DNA from: a bacterium
GTDB taxonomy: Bacteria; Electryoneota; JAOADG01
Direction: 5' to 3'
NCBI GenBank assembly: GCA_963681965.1
Contig: OY820579.1
Coordinates: 3,808,001-3,872,000 of the forward strand
Length of the DNA stretch: 64,000 nucleotides
Position 1 is the first letter of the stretch; each line of letters opens with the position of its first letter. Below, piece by piece: positions 30,125 to 39,955 of this stretch. The notes under the pieces are model-generated. The model was given only the letters and a program-made list of their open reading frames with translations. It was not told where the DNA came from and made no database searches. A program made the position numbers and the translations under genes.

Positions 30125-33082
30125 ATGACTTTCCGCCATCGCAGATTTCCACAATCAATGCTCGCTTTTGCGACGACACTCGTTTTCGCTCTGTCGTTTT
30201 TGCTTTCATTACTCCCGCAACGAACATTTGCCGTGTCGGTGCAATCGACACGCCTTCCGCACCCGTTCCAGTTTACCGAGAACAAAGGGCAGTGGGATTC
30301 CGCCGTCCTCTACAAATGCGAGGTGCGCCGCGACGGATTCACCTGGTTCCTTGAGCGCGATGGTGTCACCCTCGTCACGAGTGTAATTGATTCCTCAAAA
30401 ACGATAGACGCCAGTAGGGGCGGCTCCCCGCGGACGCCCGCAAGCGGCAACGACGTTGCCGCCGTAGGGGCGTATGGCATACGCCCTGATCATGAATCCT
30501 TTCCATTAAAATCTCACGCGCTCAAATTTAAATTTGTCGATTCCCGTAGGGGCGAACCACAAAGTGCTCGCCGAAGGCAATCGCATTCGCCCCTATCTGT
30601 TCAAGATGCTCTCACTTGTCGTTGCGAGGAACGCAGCGAAGGATCGTCCGCCGCAGGCGGAAAGCCGCAGCGAAGTGACGAAGCAACCTACTCTTTAAAT
30701 GAATCAAAGACACAGGAGGAGATTACCTTCGGTGAGCCCTTCGGGGTTGCTTCGTCATTCCACTTCGGAAGTGCTTCGCACGTTCCTTCGTTCATTCCTC
30801 GCAAATACAAAATCAGGATTCAAGATACAAGATTAGGGCGAATGCGATTCGCCCCTACAGAAAAATATTCGACACAAGAGGAAGTCGGAATAAATTCCGA
30901 CCTACCCTTCGCGCAAGCGAAGTGGATCGACACACAAGGCGAACTTTCGTGGCACAATAATTATTTTCTCGGGAATGATTCGTCGAAATGGGCATCGGAT
31001 TGTCGCAACTTTACCCGCGTGGTATATCATGATGTCTGGGAGGGTATCGATGTTGAGTGGTATGAGAGCAAGGGACATCTCGAATTCGATTTCGTCGTGC
31101 ATCCCGGTGCCGATCCCAAGCAAATCAAGATGGTATGCGAAGGGTTGGAAGGAGATATTCTTTTCCGTAGGTCAGGTTTTAACCTGACCTCTTTAAACAC
31201 AAACTCTCAAATGGTCAGAATAAATTCTGACCTACAGTTACAAGATGAACTTTCGCTTCCCACTTCCCTCGGTGAACTACGGATGTCGATTCCGGGCGCA
31301 TACCAAACCACTGCAAATGGCGCTCGTGGAAACGCTGTCACGGCACAATTCACAATCGTGGCAGAAAATCTCTTCGCGATCGATATGCCAAATGGGTATG
31401 ATCCAACCCTAACGCTCCGAATCGATCCGCTGGTGTATAGCACATACATTGGCAGCTCTGGCAGCGACGATATTCGTGGTATTATCGTTAACAACGATAA
31501 TACTTGTATCGCTACGGGAATTATTATGGGAGATCCCCAAAATTTCCCAGTAACAGCCGGCGCTTTCGATACTACTCTGAATGGAAGCGACGATTGTTAT
31601 GTCTTGAAACTGAACAGCAATGGGACGCGAATTGTCTTTTGCACAATCATCGGCGGTAATAGTATTGATAATTCATGGGGAATTTCCAGTGATGGAAACA
31701 ATGGTGCTATTATCACAGGTGTAACTTATAGTTCGAATTTTCCGTCGACAAATGGAATTCGGTTGTGGGGTGGGAGTGATTTCTTTCTTACTCGAATTAA
31801 TAATACCGGCTCTCGATTGATTTATAGCACATTCTTCGGTGGATCTGATTGGGATTATGCATATGGATTAATGGCAGATGGAACTGGAGGAGCGATTGTG
31901 TGTGGTTTAACATCTAGTGTCGATTTTCCGATAATTAATGAGGGCTTTGATACAAGTTACAACGGTAATTGCGATGGTTTTATAACCCAAATCAATAGTA
32001 GTGCAACCGATTTTACTGTCAGTACTTATATCGGAGGTTCCTCTTATGATGGTATATATTCAATTTTTCGCGACGATCATTCAATAATTGTCACTGGAGA
32101 AACCAGTAGTAATGATTACCCAGTCACATCCTCGGCATTTGATACTTCGTACAATCGGATTAGCAATGATACGATGGATTGTTTCGTTTCGCGCTTCGAT
32201 CTTGCCGGTGATCATTTACTAGCGAGTAGTTTTTTAGGTGGAAATGGAAATGATATCGGTTACAGTGTAATTAGCGATCATAATGGCAATCCATTCGTAG
32301 CAGGATTCACAACAAGTCCTAGCTTTCCGGTTACGTCAGGTGCTATGGATACTTCCTATAGCGATTTTTCGGGTTTTATTACAAAATTCGATACAACTTT
32401 ACATGCTTTAGAATTTAGCACTTTTTTATGTGGCGCAGGAGGTACTTCGATAGTGAATGACCAACGTGATGGGCTGTTTATAACTGGTGGTGCAGTTTCG
32501 TCATTTGTCACCACAGAGGGAAGTTTCCAACCAAATTATAATGGTGGTATCAGGGATTGCTTCATCGCACATCTTGACTCGACTGGTAGCAGAATGATAT
32601 ATACTTCATTCTTAGGTGGTTCTTCTACCGATGGTGGTACATCAATTGCTTATCTTGGAAATGGTAATCTCGTTATCGGGGGACTAACGAGTAGCAACAA
32701 CTTTCCAGTTTCAAGCAGTGCATTCGATACTAGTTATAATGGAGGCACTAGAGATGCTTTTATTTCCTATTTACATTTCGATACGCTAGAAGTATTACCC
32801 ATTTCCAATATCCTTCCGTCTTATTATCGTCTAGAGCAAAATTACCCGAATCCCTTCAACTCCACCACCTCACTCTCCTACACTCTCCCAATCTCATCTC
32901 ACGTTGATCTTCGTCTCTACGACCTGATGGGGCGCGAAGTTACTACGCTGGTGCAACGCGAACAAATTGCCGGAACCTATCGCGTGTTGCTCGATGGTTC
33001 GCACTTGGCGAGTGGAACCTATTTCGTGCGATTGCAAGCGGGTGCGTTTTCGAAAACTCAGAAGATTGTGCTGTTGAAATAA
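30125..33082 (+). CDS. Secreted SBBP-repeat beta-propeller protein with T9SS CTD, carrying three in-frame REP-like insertions
   Basis: GGAG RBS plus signal peptide; FTENKGQW, NYFLGND..KW, IDPLVYSTYIG, repeated G.T.S..FPVT..AFDTSYNG; NYPNPFN...KIVLLK. Confidence 0.88.
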   Translation: MTFRHRRFPQSMLAFATTLVFALSFLLSLLPQRTFAVSVQSTRLPHPFQFTENKGQWDSAVLYKCEVRRDGFTWFLERDGVTLVTSVIDSSKTIDASRGGSPRTPASGNDVAAVGAYGIRPDHESFPLKSHALKFKFVDSRRGEPQSARRRQSHSPLSVQDALTCRCEERSEGSSAAGGKPQRSDEATYSLNESKTQEEITFGEPFGVASSFHFGSASHVPSFIPRKYKIRIQDTRLGRMRFAPTEKYSTQEEVGINSDLPFAQAKWIDTQGELSWHNNYFLGNDSSKWASDCRNFTRVVYHDVWEGIDVEWYESKGHLEFDFVVHPGADPKQIKMVCEGLEGDILFRRSGFNLTSLNTNSQMVRINSDLQLQDELSLPTSLGELRMSIPGAYQTTANGARGNAVTAQFTIVAENLFAIDMPNGYDPTLTLRIDPLVYSTYIGSSGSDDIRGIIVNNDNTCIATGIIMGDPQNFPVTAGAFDTTLNGSDDCYVLKLNSNGTRIVFCTIIGGNSIDNSWGISSDGNNGAIITGVTYSSNFPSTNGIRLWGGSDFFLTRINNTGSRLIYSTFFGGSDWDYAYGLMADGTGGAIVCGLTSSVDFPIINEGFDTSYNGNCDGFITQINSSATDFTVSTYIGGSSYDGIYSIFRDDHSIIVTGETSSNDYPVTSSAFDTSYNRISNDTMDCFVSRFDLAGDHLLASSFLGGNGNDIGYSVISDHNGNPFVAGFTTSPSFPVTSGAMDTSYSDFSGFITKFDTTLHALEFSTFLCGAGGTSIVNDQRDGLFITGGAVSSFVTTEGSFQPNYNGGIRDCFIAHLDSTGSRMIYTSFLGGSSTDGGTSIAYLGNGNLVIGGLTSSNNFPVSSSAFDTSYNGGTRDAFISYLHFDTLEVLPISNILPSYYRLEQNYPNPFNSTTSLSYTLPISSHVDLRLYDLMGREVTTLVQREQIAGTYRVLLDGSHLASGTYFVRLQAGAFSKTQKIVLLK
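30414..30486. repeat. Intragenic REP-like insertion 1
   Basis: GTAGGGGCGGCTCCCCGCGGACGCCC and GTAGGGGCGTATGGCATACGCCC. Confidence 0.8.
30546..30905. repeat. Intragenic REP-like insertion 2 (360 bp from GTAG to CTAC)
   Basis: Modules match intergenic repeats at 13140-13300 and 63605-64000; ends GTCGGAATAAATTCCGACCTAC. Confidence 0.88.
31167..31235. repeat. Intragenic inverted REP pair (REPIN-like, 69 bp)
   Basis: GTAGGTCAGGTTTTAACCTGACC ... GGTCAGAATAAATTCTGACCTAC. Confidence 0.85.
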
Positions 33083-33096
33083 TTCATATTGTGAAG

Positions 33097-33410
33097 TAGG
33101 GGAGGGCTCGTGAGCCCTCCCGCATATTTTTTGGTAGGGGCGGTTCGCGAACCGCCCGTATCGCCTGAAGGTTGCACAAATTTAAATTATATGCACGGGA
33201 TATAACAGCATTATTTTAATTGTGAATCCGATTACGATCGTTTATCTAGATCAGACACGGGCGGTTCGCGAACCGCCCCTACCAAAAGATAGATTGCCAC
33301 GTCCGAAGCTCGCGTCGTCCTCGCAACGACATATCAGGATACAGGAATCAAGATACAAGATATGGTCAGAACAAGTTCTGACCTACGGATAAGAAGGTAG
33401 GCGCCCCTAC
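33097..33410. repeat. REP-like cluster including an inverted GTAGGGGCGGTTCGCGAACCGCCC pair
   Basis: Copies at ~33134 (+) and ~33258-33283 (-); also GTAGGGGAGGGCTCGTGAGCCCTCCC. Confidence 0.85.
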
Positions 33411-33485
33411 GATCAGATCCGAATGATCTCACAGCAGCATTCTCAACCCACCCACCAAAAATTTTATCGACCACCGCCAAATCGA

Positions 33486-33514
33486 TTGACAAAATCGGAT
33501 TCGGGATATATATT
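33486..33514 (+). promoter_or_regulatory. Sigma70-type promoter of the padR-like operon
   Basis: TTGACA-17 nt-TATATT, ending 32 nt before the ATG; a short TTCT..AGAA inverted repeat downstream could be an operator. Confidence 0.65.
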
Positions 33515-33546
33515 TATTCTTAGTTACAGAAGATATAGGATATGCG

Positions 33547-33873
33547 ATGGAACTGTTGTCCCGGGTCGAGGAATTGTTGCTGTTGTCCGTGATCGAATTG
33601 CGCGAAAATGCTTACGGTGTCACGTTGCGTGAGAAATTAAACGACACTGTCGGTAAAATTCATGCGCTCGCAGTGGTGTATGTTTCGCTCGATCGGCTGG
33701 TGGCACGCGGCTTGCTGGACACCGTCATGACTGCGCCGGAACCGGTGCGCGGCGGTCGTGCCAAACGCACCTACCGGATCACAGCCGATGGTTTGAAGGT
33801 GTTGAACGAGCATTACGAATTGCAGCAGAAGATCTGGAAAAATGCACCCGCGCTACTCGGAATCAGCGGATGA
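33547..33873 (+). CDS. PadR-family transcriptional regulator
   Basis: EELLLL...NAYGVTL...VYVSLDRL..RGL...RGGRAKRTYRIT.DG. Confidence 0.92.
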   Translation: MELLSRVEELLLLSVIELRENAYGVTLREKLNDTVGKIHALAVVYVSLDRLVARGLLDTVMTAPEPVRGGRAKRTYRITADGLKVLNEHYELQQKIWKNAPALLGISG

Positions 33874-35231
33874 ATCCCGACCACCACTCCCCGCATCGCG
33901 GACCGTGGAAGTTGCCCGGGATCGGTGAGAAACTGCTGCTGTTCCTGCTTCCGGTAGAATTGCAGGATGAAATCATCGGCGATCTGACCGAGATATTTCA
34001 GCACGATGTCGGTAGTGAAAATGTCGGACGCGCTCAACAGAATTTCTGGTGGGAATTTATTCAGATGATTCCGTTTCTGCTCCGGAAATTCACTCACAAA
34101 CTGTTATTGAAGAGGTCGACTATGCAGCTCTTCCCGCCGAATATGGCACCATCCCGCAAGCGACGAATCATCGCCGCTCCGATCGTTTATTTACTGATGT
34201 TGTCGGTCACACTGGCAATGACATTTTGGTTCGTGAGTTGGATCGATACTCTGCTCGATTACTCGGAGGATCTGCCGAATCGGGCAACTGCGATGCAGCT
34301 CTGCTATCAACTAGCCGATGCGAATAATCCCGAGAAAGCGCCTGCGATTGCGCCCTATTTTCGCGAATTCATTGCCGATTCAACGATCCGCTCGACGGAA
34401 GTACCTCGGTTTCCGGCGCCTTATTCCAAGTTCCTGCATCCATTCTATGGTTACCGGTTCCATGGCAAACTGGTGATAAAATCGCCGACGCTGCCGCTGG
34501 ACAGCATCCCGACTGCCCTGATCGAACGTACGTTAAATGAATGGGGACAAGTACCACTGTCCGATATGCGAAAACAAATCGTCAACATCCTCAACCGGAA
34601 AGTACGAAATAAAACCAATCTAGATTCCACCCGGATCCTCGAACAGCAATTACAAAAAATGTATCGGAATCCCAGATACAATCCACGGTTCGATTCGTTG
34701 TGGCTGCTGCGAATGAGTACGCTCCCTACCAGCGACACGACTTATTTTCACGGACTGCTGACCAATCGACGGTTATCGCTGGAATTACTGCCGGAAATCT
34801 GGAAGCTGCCAACGAATTGGTGGAATCCCATGTTCCATTTTCTGGCTTCGCCTCCGGATGCGAAAGACGTGCTGGAGAAGGCTTCAGCGGAACAATTTGC
34901 GCTGCTTGCCATTCAGGATGGAAAGATCGTCTATCAGCGCGGCGATTCGATCCATTATCCGAAACGAGTGTACACTTTAAACGCGAATAAATTAACTCGA
35001 TTTGGCGAACAGCATCCCGAAATCGTGGTGTTTCGCTACGATAAAATGAATCCTGCGAAGTTCATTCACAAATACATTTTCAAAATTGTGCGGATTCAAT
35101 GGTATGCATTCCTTGCGATTATCGTATCGGCGCTGGCGTTGGTGCATTATCGCGGCTACAACTCGCGGGCAAAACGTCGCGCCAAGGAACAGGAGTGGGA
35201 AAATGAGCATCGCAATCCTCCTCCATCCTGA
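33870..35231 (+). CDS. Membrane protein with PadR-associated permease-prefix-like N-terminus and a large extracytoplasmic domain
   Basis: ATGA overlap with padR; 'LLLFLLP..LQDEIIGDL.E.F...RAQQNFWWE' prefix; two TM segments. Confidence 0.72.
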   Translation: MNPDHHSPHRGPWKLPGIGEKLLLFLLPVELQDEIIGDLTEIFQHDVGSENVGRAQQNFWWEFIQMIPFLLRKFTHKLLLKRSTMQLFPPNMAPSRKRRIIAAPIVYLLMLSVTLAMTFWFVSWIDTLLDYSEDLPNRATAMQLCYQLADANNPEKAPAIAPYFREFIADSTIRSTEVPRFPAPYSKFLHPFYGYRFHGKLVIKSPTLPLDSIPTALIERTLNEWGQVPLSDMRKQIVNILNRKVRNKTNLDSTRILEQQLQKMYRNPRYNPRFDSLWLLRMSTLPTSDTTYFHGLLTNRRLSLELLPEIWKLPTNWWNPMFHFLASPPDAKDVLEKASAEQFALLAIQDGKIVYQRGDSIHYPKRVYTLNANKLTRFGEQHPEIVVFRYDKMNPAKFIHKYIFKIVRIQWYAFLAIIVSALALVHYRGYNSRAKRRAKEQEWENEHRNPPPS

Positions 35232-35321
35232 GGTTACTCCATTTATGTTCGACGATGACAATTTCATGACAACTTCCCTCTCGATCGGTTGTATCTTGCT
35301 GTTAACAATGGTGAGGAAATC

Positions 35322-37007
35322 ATGATCGGCTGGAATAAATTTCTGCGCAACCGGAAATGGTTCGGGAGCATGATCGGTGTCTATGCGATTGTCGTATTTG
35401 GATTTCTGGTCTTTTTCGTAATCTCGATCGTCGTCTGGCAAATGTTCTTCCGCGATACCGACCGAATGCCGATTTCGGGCGAGTGTCGGTACGTCAATCT
35501 CGCGATTGCCAACGAGGCGAATGCAATTCTCCTTCCTCATGTCGATGCACTGAATGCCATGCCCAAAACCATCGTGCGTACCGTTGTCCGGGCGAATACA
35601 CTCGATTCGCTGACATTACTACCCGGTGTCGTCAGTGCGTTCTGCCTCGTCGATGGGAAGCAACTGGAAGCCGATCGTAAATCGCAGCCGTCCGTCTGGT
35701 TGCGCGATTCGCTGACGGCAATGCGAACCGAGTTTTATCGCTATCCCAACGCCAGCACCAAATACCGCTTCTCGAATCGCTGTCGTACGGCGGTGTATCA
35801 CCGGGACGGTAAAAAATACTATTTGATTGCCGATGTGTACGATTCCACCGGTACGAAGTGGTGGAACCAAGAGAAGTGGACGGATGCCGATTCAACGAAA
35901 AAAATCGTTCATAATGCGACCGGCAGGTATTATTTGATCGCACTGTTGGTCGACGAAAATTGGCTTCGAACTGAGCTAGCGCACCATTTCGAGCGGGCAA
36001 TGTCCGGCAACGAGAGCTTCCTGTTCTGGAGCGTGGATACGATACAGGGCGGCGCCGGGATTGTCTCCGATGGCGATACGTTGTGGTGGCACGGTCTCCG
36101 CACAATACAACCGGGAATCGTCACCCACGTCGAGGAATTCGAGTTGTTGTCGAATTCATGGTTTCATCCGCGCACGATCTGGAATATGGGCTTTAAACAA
36201 AAGTCGATTGCACAACGTATGGTCAAGCCGATGCTGGCAGTTATTGTCTACTTGTTGTTCACCGGTGCGATCATCTCGGCGCTGCTGGCGTCGCGAAAAC
36301 TCTGGCTGTCGCGGCAACTGGCGCTCGAACAATTCGCCCACGCGATCAAGACCCCCGTCGCACGGATGCGACTTTCTACCGATATGCTGATCGAACAACG
36401 TGCCGCATCGCCGGAACATGAACAGCAATTGCTCGCATCGCTAAATCGCGAATGCAGCCGACTCGAAATGTCGGTTCAGAATGCCGCGCTGGCACTGGAA
36501 GAAGGGGAACATAAGCTCCACTTCGAACCGGTCGATTTGCGCAAATACCTGACGGAAGTATCGGAGATGTGGTTACCGACTTTCGAGCAAATCCAGATTC
36601 CATTCACTGTGAATATCGCCTCCGATGCGACCGTTCCAATGGATCGCAATCTGTTCGGCATCGCGCTCGACAACATTCTCGATAACGCGTTGCGTCATAC
36701 CCGATTGAATCGCGAAAAAGTATTTTTACCCGGGAAATTACAGGTAATGTTATCGTTGACTCTCACTGGGTCGAATGCGGTGATCGCCGTGACCGACAGC
36801 GGCGCCGGAATCCCGCCACAGGTGCTGAAGACGATCTTCCACCGTTTCGAACGGAGTGGCGATCGCGCATTGTCGGGTGTGAGTGGTCTCGGTATCGGGC
36901 TAGCCATCGCGCAGGAGATCGTGGCATCGCATAAGGGTACGATTGTCGCAGAGAATTGTCCGGAAGGTGGCGCGCGATTTATCATCTCGCTGCCGCTGAA
37001 ATCGTGA
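35322..37007 (+). CDS. Sensor histidine kinase (HisKA + HATPase)
   Basis: FAHAIKTPV H-box, NILDNALRH N-box, DSGAGI G1, GLGIGLAI G2; two TMs; GAGG RBS before ATG at 35322. Confidence 0.9.
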   Translation: MIGWNKFLRNRKWFGSMIGVYAIVVFGFLVFFVISIVVWQMFFRDTDRMPISGECRYVNLAIANEANAILLPHVDALNAMPKTIVRTVVRANTLDSLTLLPGVVSAFCLVDGKQLEADRKSQPSVWLRDSLTAMRTEFYRYPNASTKYRFSNRCRTAVYHRDGKKYYLIADVYDSTGTKWWNQEKWTDADSTKKIVHNATGRYYLIALLVDENWLRTELAHHFERAMSGNESFLFWSVDTIQGGAGIVSDGDTLWWHGLRTIQPGIVTHVEEFELLSNSWFHPRTIWNMGFKQKSIAQRMVKPMLAVIVYLLFTGAIISALLASRKLWLSRQLALEQFAHAIKTPVARMRLSTDMLIEQRAASPEHEQQLLASLNRECSRLEMSVQNAALALEEGEHKLHFEPVDLRKYLTEVSEMWLPTFEQIQIPFTVNIASDATVPMDRNLFGIALDNILDNALRHTRLNREKVFLPGKLQVMLSLTLTGSNAVIAVTDSGAGIPPQVLKTIFHRFERSGDRALSGVSGLGIGLAIAQEIVASHKGTIVAENCPEGGARFIISLPLKS

Positions 37008-37020
37008 TGGAGCGCGACCT

Positions 37021-37698
37021 ATGGCGAATATTCTAATTGTCGAAGACGATCCCGAATTGGGACCGCAGCTCCAATACAATATCGAGTTGGAAGGGCATCG
37101 GGCGACACTCGCAACCGATGGTCGGGTGGCACTGCAGTACGTTCGCAAAGGGCAATATCAATTGCTGTTGCTCGATTGGATGATTCCGGGACTTGATGGT
37201 TTGACGGTGCTCTCGCGATTGCGAGCGGATGGAATCGAAATTCCGGTGATAATGTTGACGGCGAAGGGGCGCGAGCAAGACCGGTTGGACGGCTTTCGCG
37301 AAGGGTGCGACGATTATGTCACCAAACCGTTCTCGCTGCTGGAATTGCTCTCGCGGATTCGTGCGGTACTGCGGCGGTCAGGCTATCGCGTCGAACGGCA
37401 AACGTTGCGCTCCGACGATTTATTGATCGATCCGACTGCCTATACTGCGACATTTCGGAATTCTCCACTGGATCTAACGCCGAAAGAATTCGAGTTGCTC
37501 TATCAATTGGTGTCGCATCCCCGGCAGACGCTCTCGCGCAATTATCTACTCGAAGAAGTGTGGGGTGAGAACTGCGATATTACGAATCGCACGATCGACA
37601 ATCATGTTGCAGCGTTGCGCAAGAAACTCGATCTCAATCCGGAGCATCCGTCGCGCATTGCCACAGTTCATAAAGTTGGCTATCGCTGGGACGGGTGA
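37021..37698 (+). CDS. OmpR/PhoB-family response regulator
   Basis: ILIVEDD, LLDWMIPGLDG, MLTAK, DDYVTKPF, LTPKEFELL, RTIDNHV..LRKKL, TVHKVGYR. Confidence 0.95.
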   Translation: MANILIVEDDPELGPQLQYNIELEGHRATLATDGRVALQYVRKGQYQLLLLDWMIPGLDGLTVLSRLRADGIEIPVIMLTAKGREQDRLDGFREGCDDYVTKPFSLLELLSRIRAVLRRSGYRVERQTLRSDDLLIDPTAYTATFRNSPLDLTPKEFELLYQLVSHPRQTLSRNYLLEEVWGENCDITNRTIDNHVAALRKKLDLNPEHPSRIATVHKVGYRWDG

Positions 37699-37717
37699 TC
37701 CATCCGTGAATTTTTTT

Positions 37718-38390
37718 TAGGTCGGAATTTATTCCGACTCTTTCTTACTGTTTTGGGTAGCGGCGGACTTTAGTCCGCTTTCGTTTGCGGTATCTGTTCT
37801 GTTTTCTTTTTTTACCCGCATGCTTCAGCCTGCGTTTCTTTTTTCATCTTTTTCTTTCCCAACACCCACCACCCATTTTTTCAGTAGGGGGCATCCCCGT
37901 ATGCCCCCGCTCATGTAACTGTTTTATCATTCATCTGCGAAAAAGACAAGCGAATAAATGCCCAATCGGAGTTGGGCAGTACTATAAGAAAAACGTTGGC
38001 TGAAGCCTGCGGCTACGCAGAAAGCAAAAAGCGGACTAAAGTCCGCTGCTACTAAATGAAATAAAAATAATCGGGCGGACACGGGGGTCAGTCCCAACTA
38101 AAAAAAGAAAGAGTCGGAATAAATTCCGACTTACGGAAAAGAAGATTCTCGCAGGCTCGGAGGTCTGTGCCACCATAAACAAGACACAAGAGGTGGTCAG
38201 AACAAGTTCCGACTTACGGAAAAGAAGATTCTCGCAGGCTCGGAGGTCTGTGCCACCATAAACAAGACACAAGAGGTGGTCAGAACAAGTTCTGACCTAC
38301 GGAAAAGAAGATTCTCGCAGGCTCGGAGGTCTGTGCCACCATAAACAAGACACAAGAGGTGGTCAGAACAAGTTCTGACCTACAGTAAAA
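37718..38390. repeat. REP-like cluster with three tandem 83-bp units (38133-38381)
   Basis: ACGGAAAAGAAGATTCTCGCAGGCTCGGAGGTCTGTGCCACC...GGTCAGAACAAGTTCYGAC recurs at 38133, 38216 and 38299. Confidence 0.9.
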
Positions 38391-38435
38391 CGATCGTTCT
38401 ATTTTTTACCAAGCACTAAGTACCATTCACCACCC

Positions 38436-38747
38436 CTACTCCAACATCGTCCGCATCTGATCGATGTATTGCAGATATGCCTTGCGTCCCACGAGTGTCA
38501 TTTCATACATCGTGTGCGGTTTCCGCTCGATGAATTCCTTCTTCACGGTGATGTATCCTGCCGACTCCAATTTCATCATGTGCGACGAGAGATTTCCCTG
38601 CGTCATCCCGGTTTGATTCATCAGAAAAACGAAATCGGCGCGCTTCACGACCGACAACACCTTCATTATCAAGAATCGTGCAGGCTCGTGAATGATGCGA
38701 TCGAGTTGCGGGAACCCGCCCGGATCGGGCAATTCGGGAGCTTTCAT
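38436..38747 (-). CDS. Winged-helix transcriptional regulator (MarR/ArsR-like, HTH_34 type)
   Basis: LDRIIHEPAR..IM..L....ADF..L...TGMTQGNLSSHM.KLE.AGYI. Confidence 0.9.
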   Translation of the reverse strand: MKAPELPDPGGFPQLDRIIHEPARFLIMKVLSVVKRADFVFLMNQTGMTQGNLSSHMMKLESAGYITVKKEFIERKPHTMYEMTLVGRKAYLQYIDQMRTMLE

Positions 38748-39955
38748 GTTTCCTCCCCCAATTCCGGAACCGGTGTGTGCATGAATGCGATCGCACGTTT
38801 CAAACCGAGCACGAATGCCAGCGCCGCAGTGATTACCGACGCTGCTTCCAGCGGTAATTGAAATGCCCGCAATGCCAGATACAATGCACCGATCGAGATC
38901 AATGGCAGAGAAATTCGATCGATTTTAGTAACGCGATTTGCAACAATCATCTCGATTGCAGTAAATGCGACGATAACAACATCGAGATAAGATGATATTA
39001 GTTGCGATGTACTTTGCGATACATTTTGCGGAAGTGTGATAATAATAAAGTAGGGCAACATAAATGCCGGTGCCAACCACGCTGACCCGCGAGATTGATC
39101 GATCTTAGCCGCTTTTTCGTACAATGCAATCGTCATTTTTCGACGCGTAACAAAATATCTCCAGCACGAAGGAATCGTAACCATAGCGATAATGGAAACT
39201 CCCGATTTCCACGATAATTCCCAAAATCGTGCACCGATCGTGATGTATAATCCTGCGATGATGAATTCGATAAATCCATCCGAAAGATAATATTTCAAAA
39301 GCGCAAGCTGACGCTCTTCAGTAGGAGCAAATTCGGCTGCTACCGGTGGATGGATCGGATCTCCCTGCGGTACGTCGATCTTCGGATGCCGCTTCAGATA
39401 ACGCCACAACAAAATTCCACCCGAAATTGCCAGAATACCACCGGTGAAAAAGAAACTACCGAGAAACATCTTCTCATAATACAGTGCGATGTACCAATAA
39501 ACCGCATTGATCGCGGCAAACCAATAGAACCGTTTTGCCCGCCGGAAAATCGCAACGCAAATCATCAACGCGACGGTCTCCATTCCACCAAAAAATGCGA
39601 TTTCAGTTTGACCGTCACCGAGCCAGTGTAGTTGGTACTCCTGATTGATTACCAGTAAGCCGAGAATTGCCCACCAGCAGGCTCCATAGGTCAATGTGTG
39701 GAAGAGCGAATTCCGCTTGATCCATTTCGAAAAATCCGGACTGAATTCGACCAACCCAAAGCGCGGCAACCGCACCCATTTCTGCCACATCAGGATCGGA
39801 ACCAACAATAACATCGGTACAATCGCTCCGACTAATTTATTCACCATAATGCAGAGCGGCATGACGATCATCCAGAGCCCGATGCATAATTCGATATGTC
39901 CGTCAGTTACATATTCACGATAAATTTTGTATTCGGTCTCGAGTTCCCGTTTCAT
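38744..39955 (-). CDS. Multi-pass membrane protein, tandem paralog 4
   Basis: Start MKRELETEY by ATGA overlap; shares Y..DGH.EL and PR.G.VEFS with its neighbours. Confidence 0.82.
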   Translation of the reverse strand: MKRELETEYKIYREYVTDGHIELCIGLWMIVMPLCIMVNKLVGAIVPMLLLVPILMWQKWVRLPRFGLVEFSPDFSKWIKRNSLFHTLTYGACWWAILGLLVINQEYQLHWLGDGQTEIAFFGGMETVALMICVAIFRRAKRFYWFAAINAVYWYIALYYEKMFLGSFFFTGGILAISGGILLWRYLKRHPKIDVPQGDPIHPPVAAEFAPTEERQLALLKYYLSDGFIEFIIAGLYITIGARFWELSWKSGVSIIAMVTIPSCWRYFVTRRKMTIALYEKAAKIDQSRGSAWLAPAFMLPYFIIITLPQNVSQSTSQLISSYLDVVIVAFTAIEMIVANRVTKIDRISLPLISIGALYLALRAFQLPLEAASVITAALAFVLGLKRAIAFMHTPVPELGEET

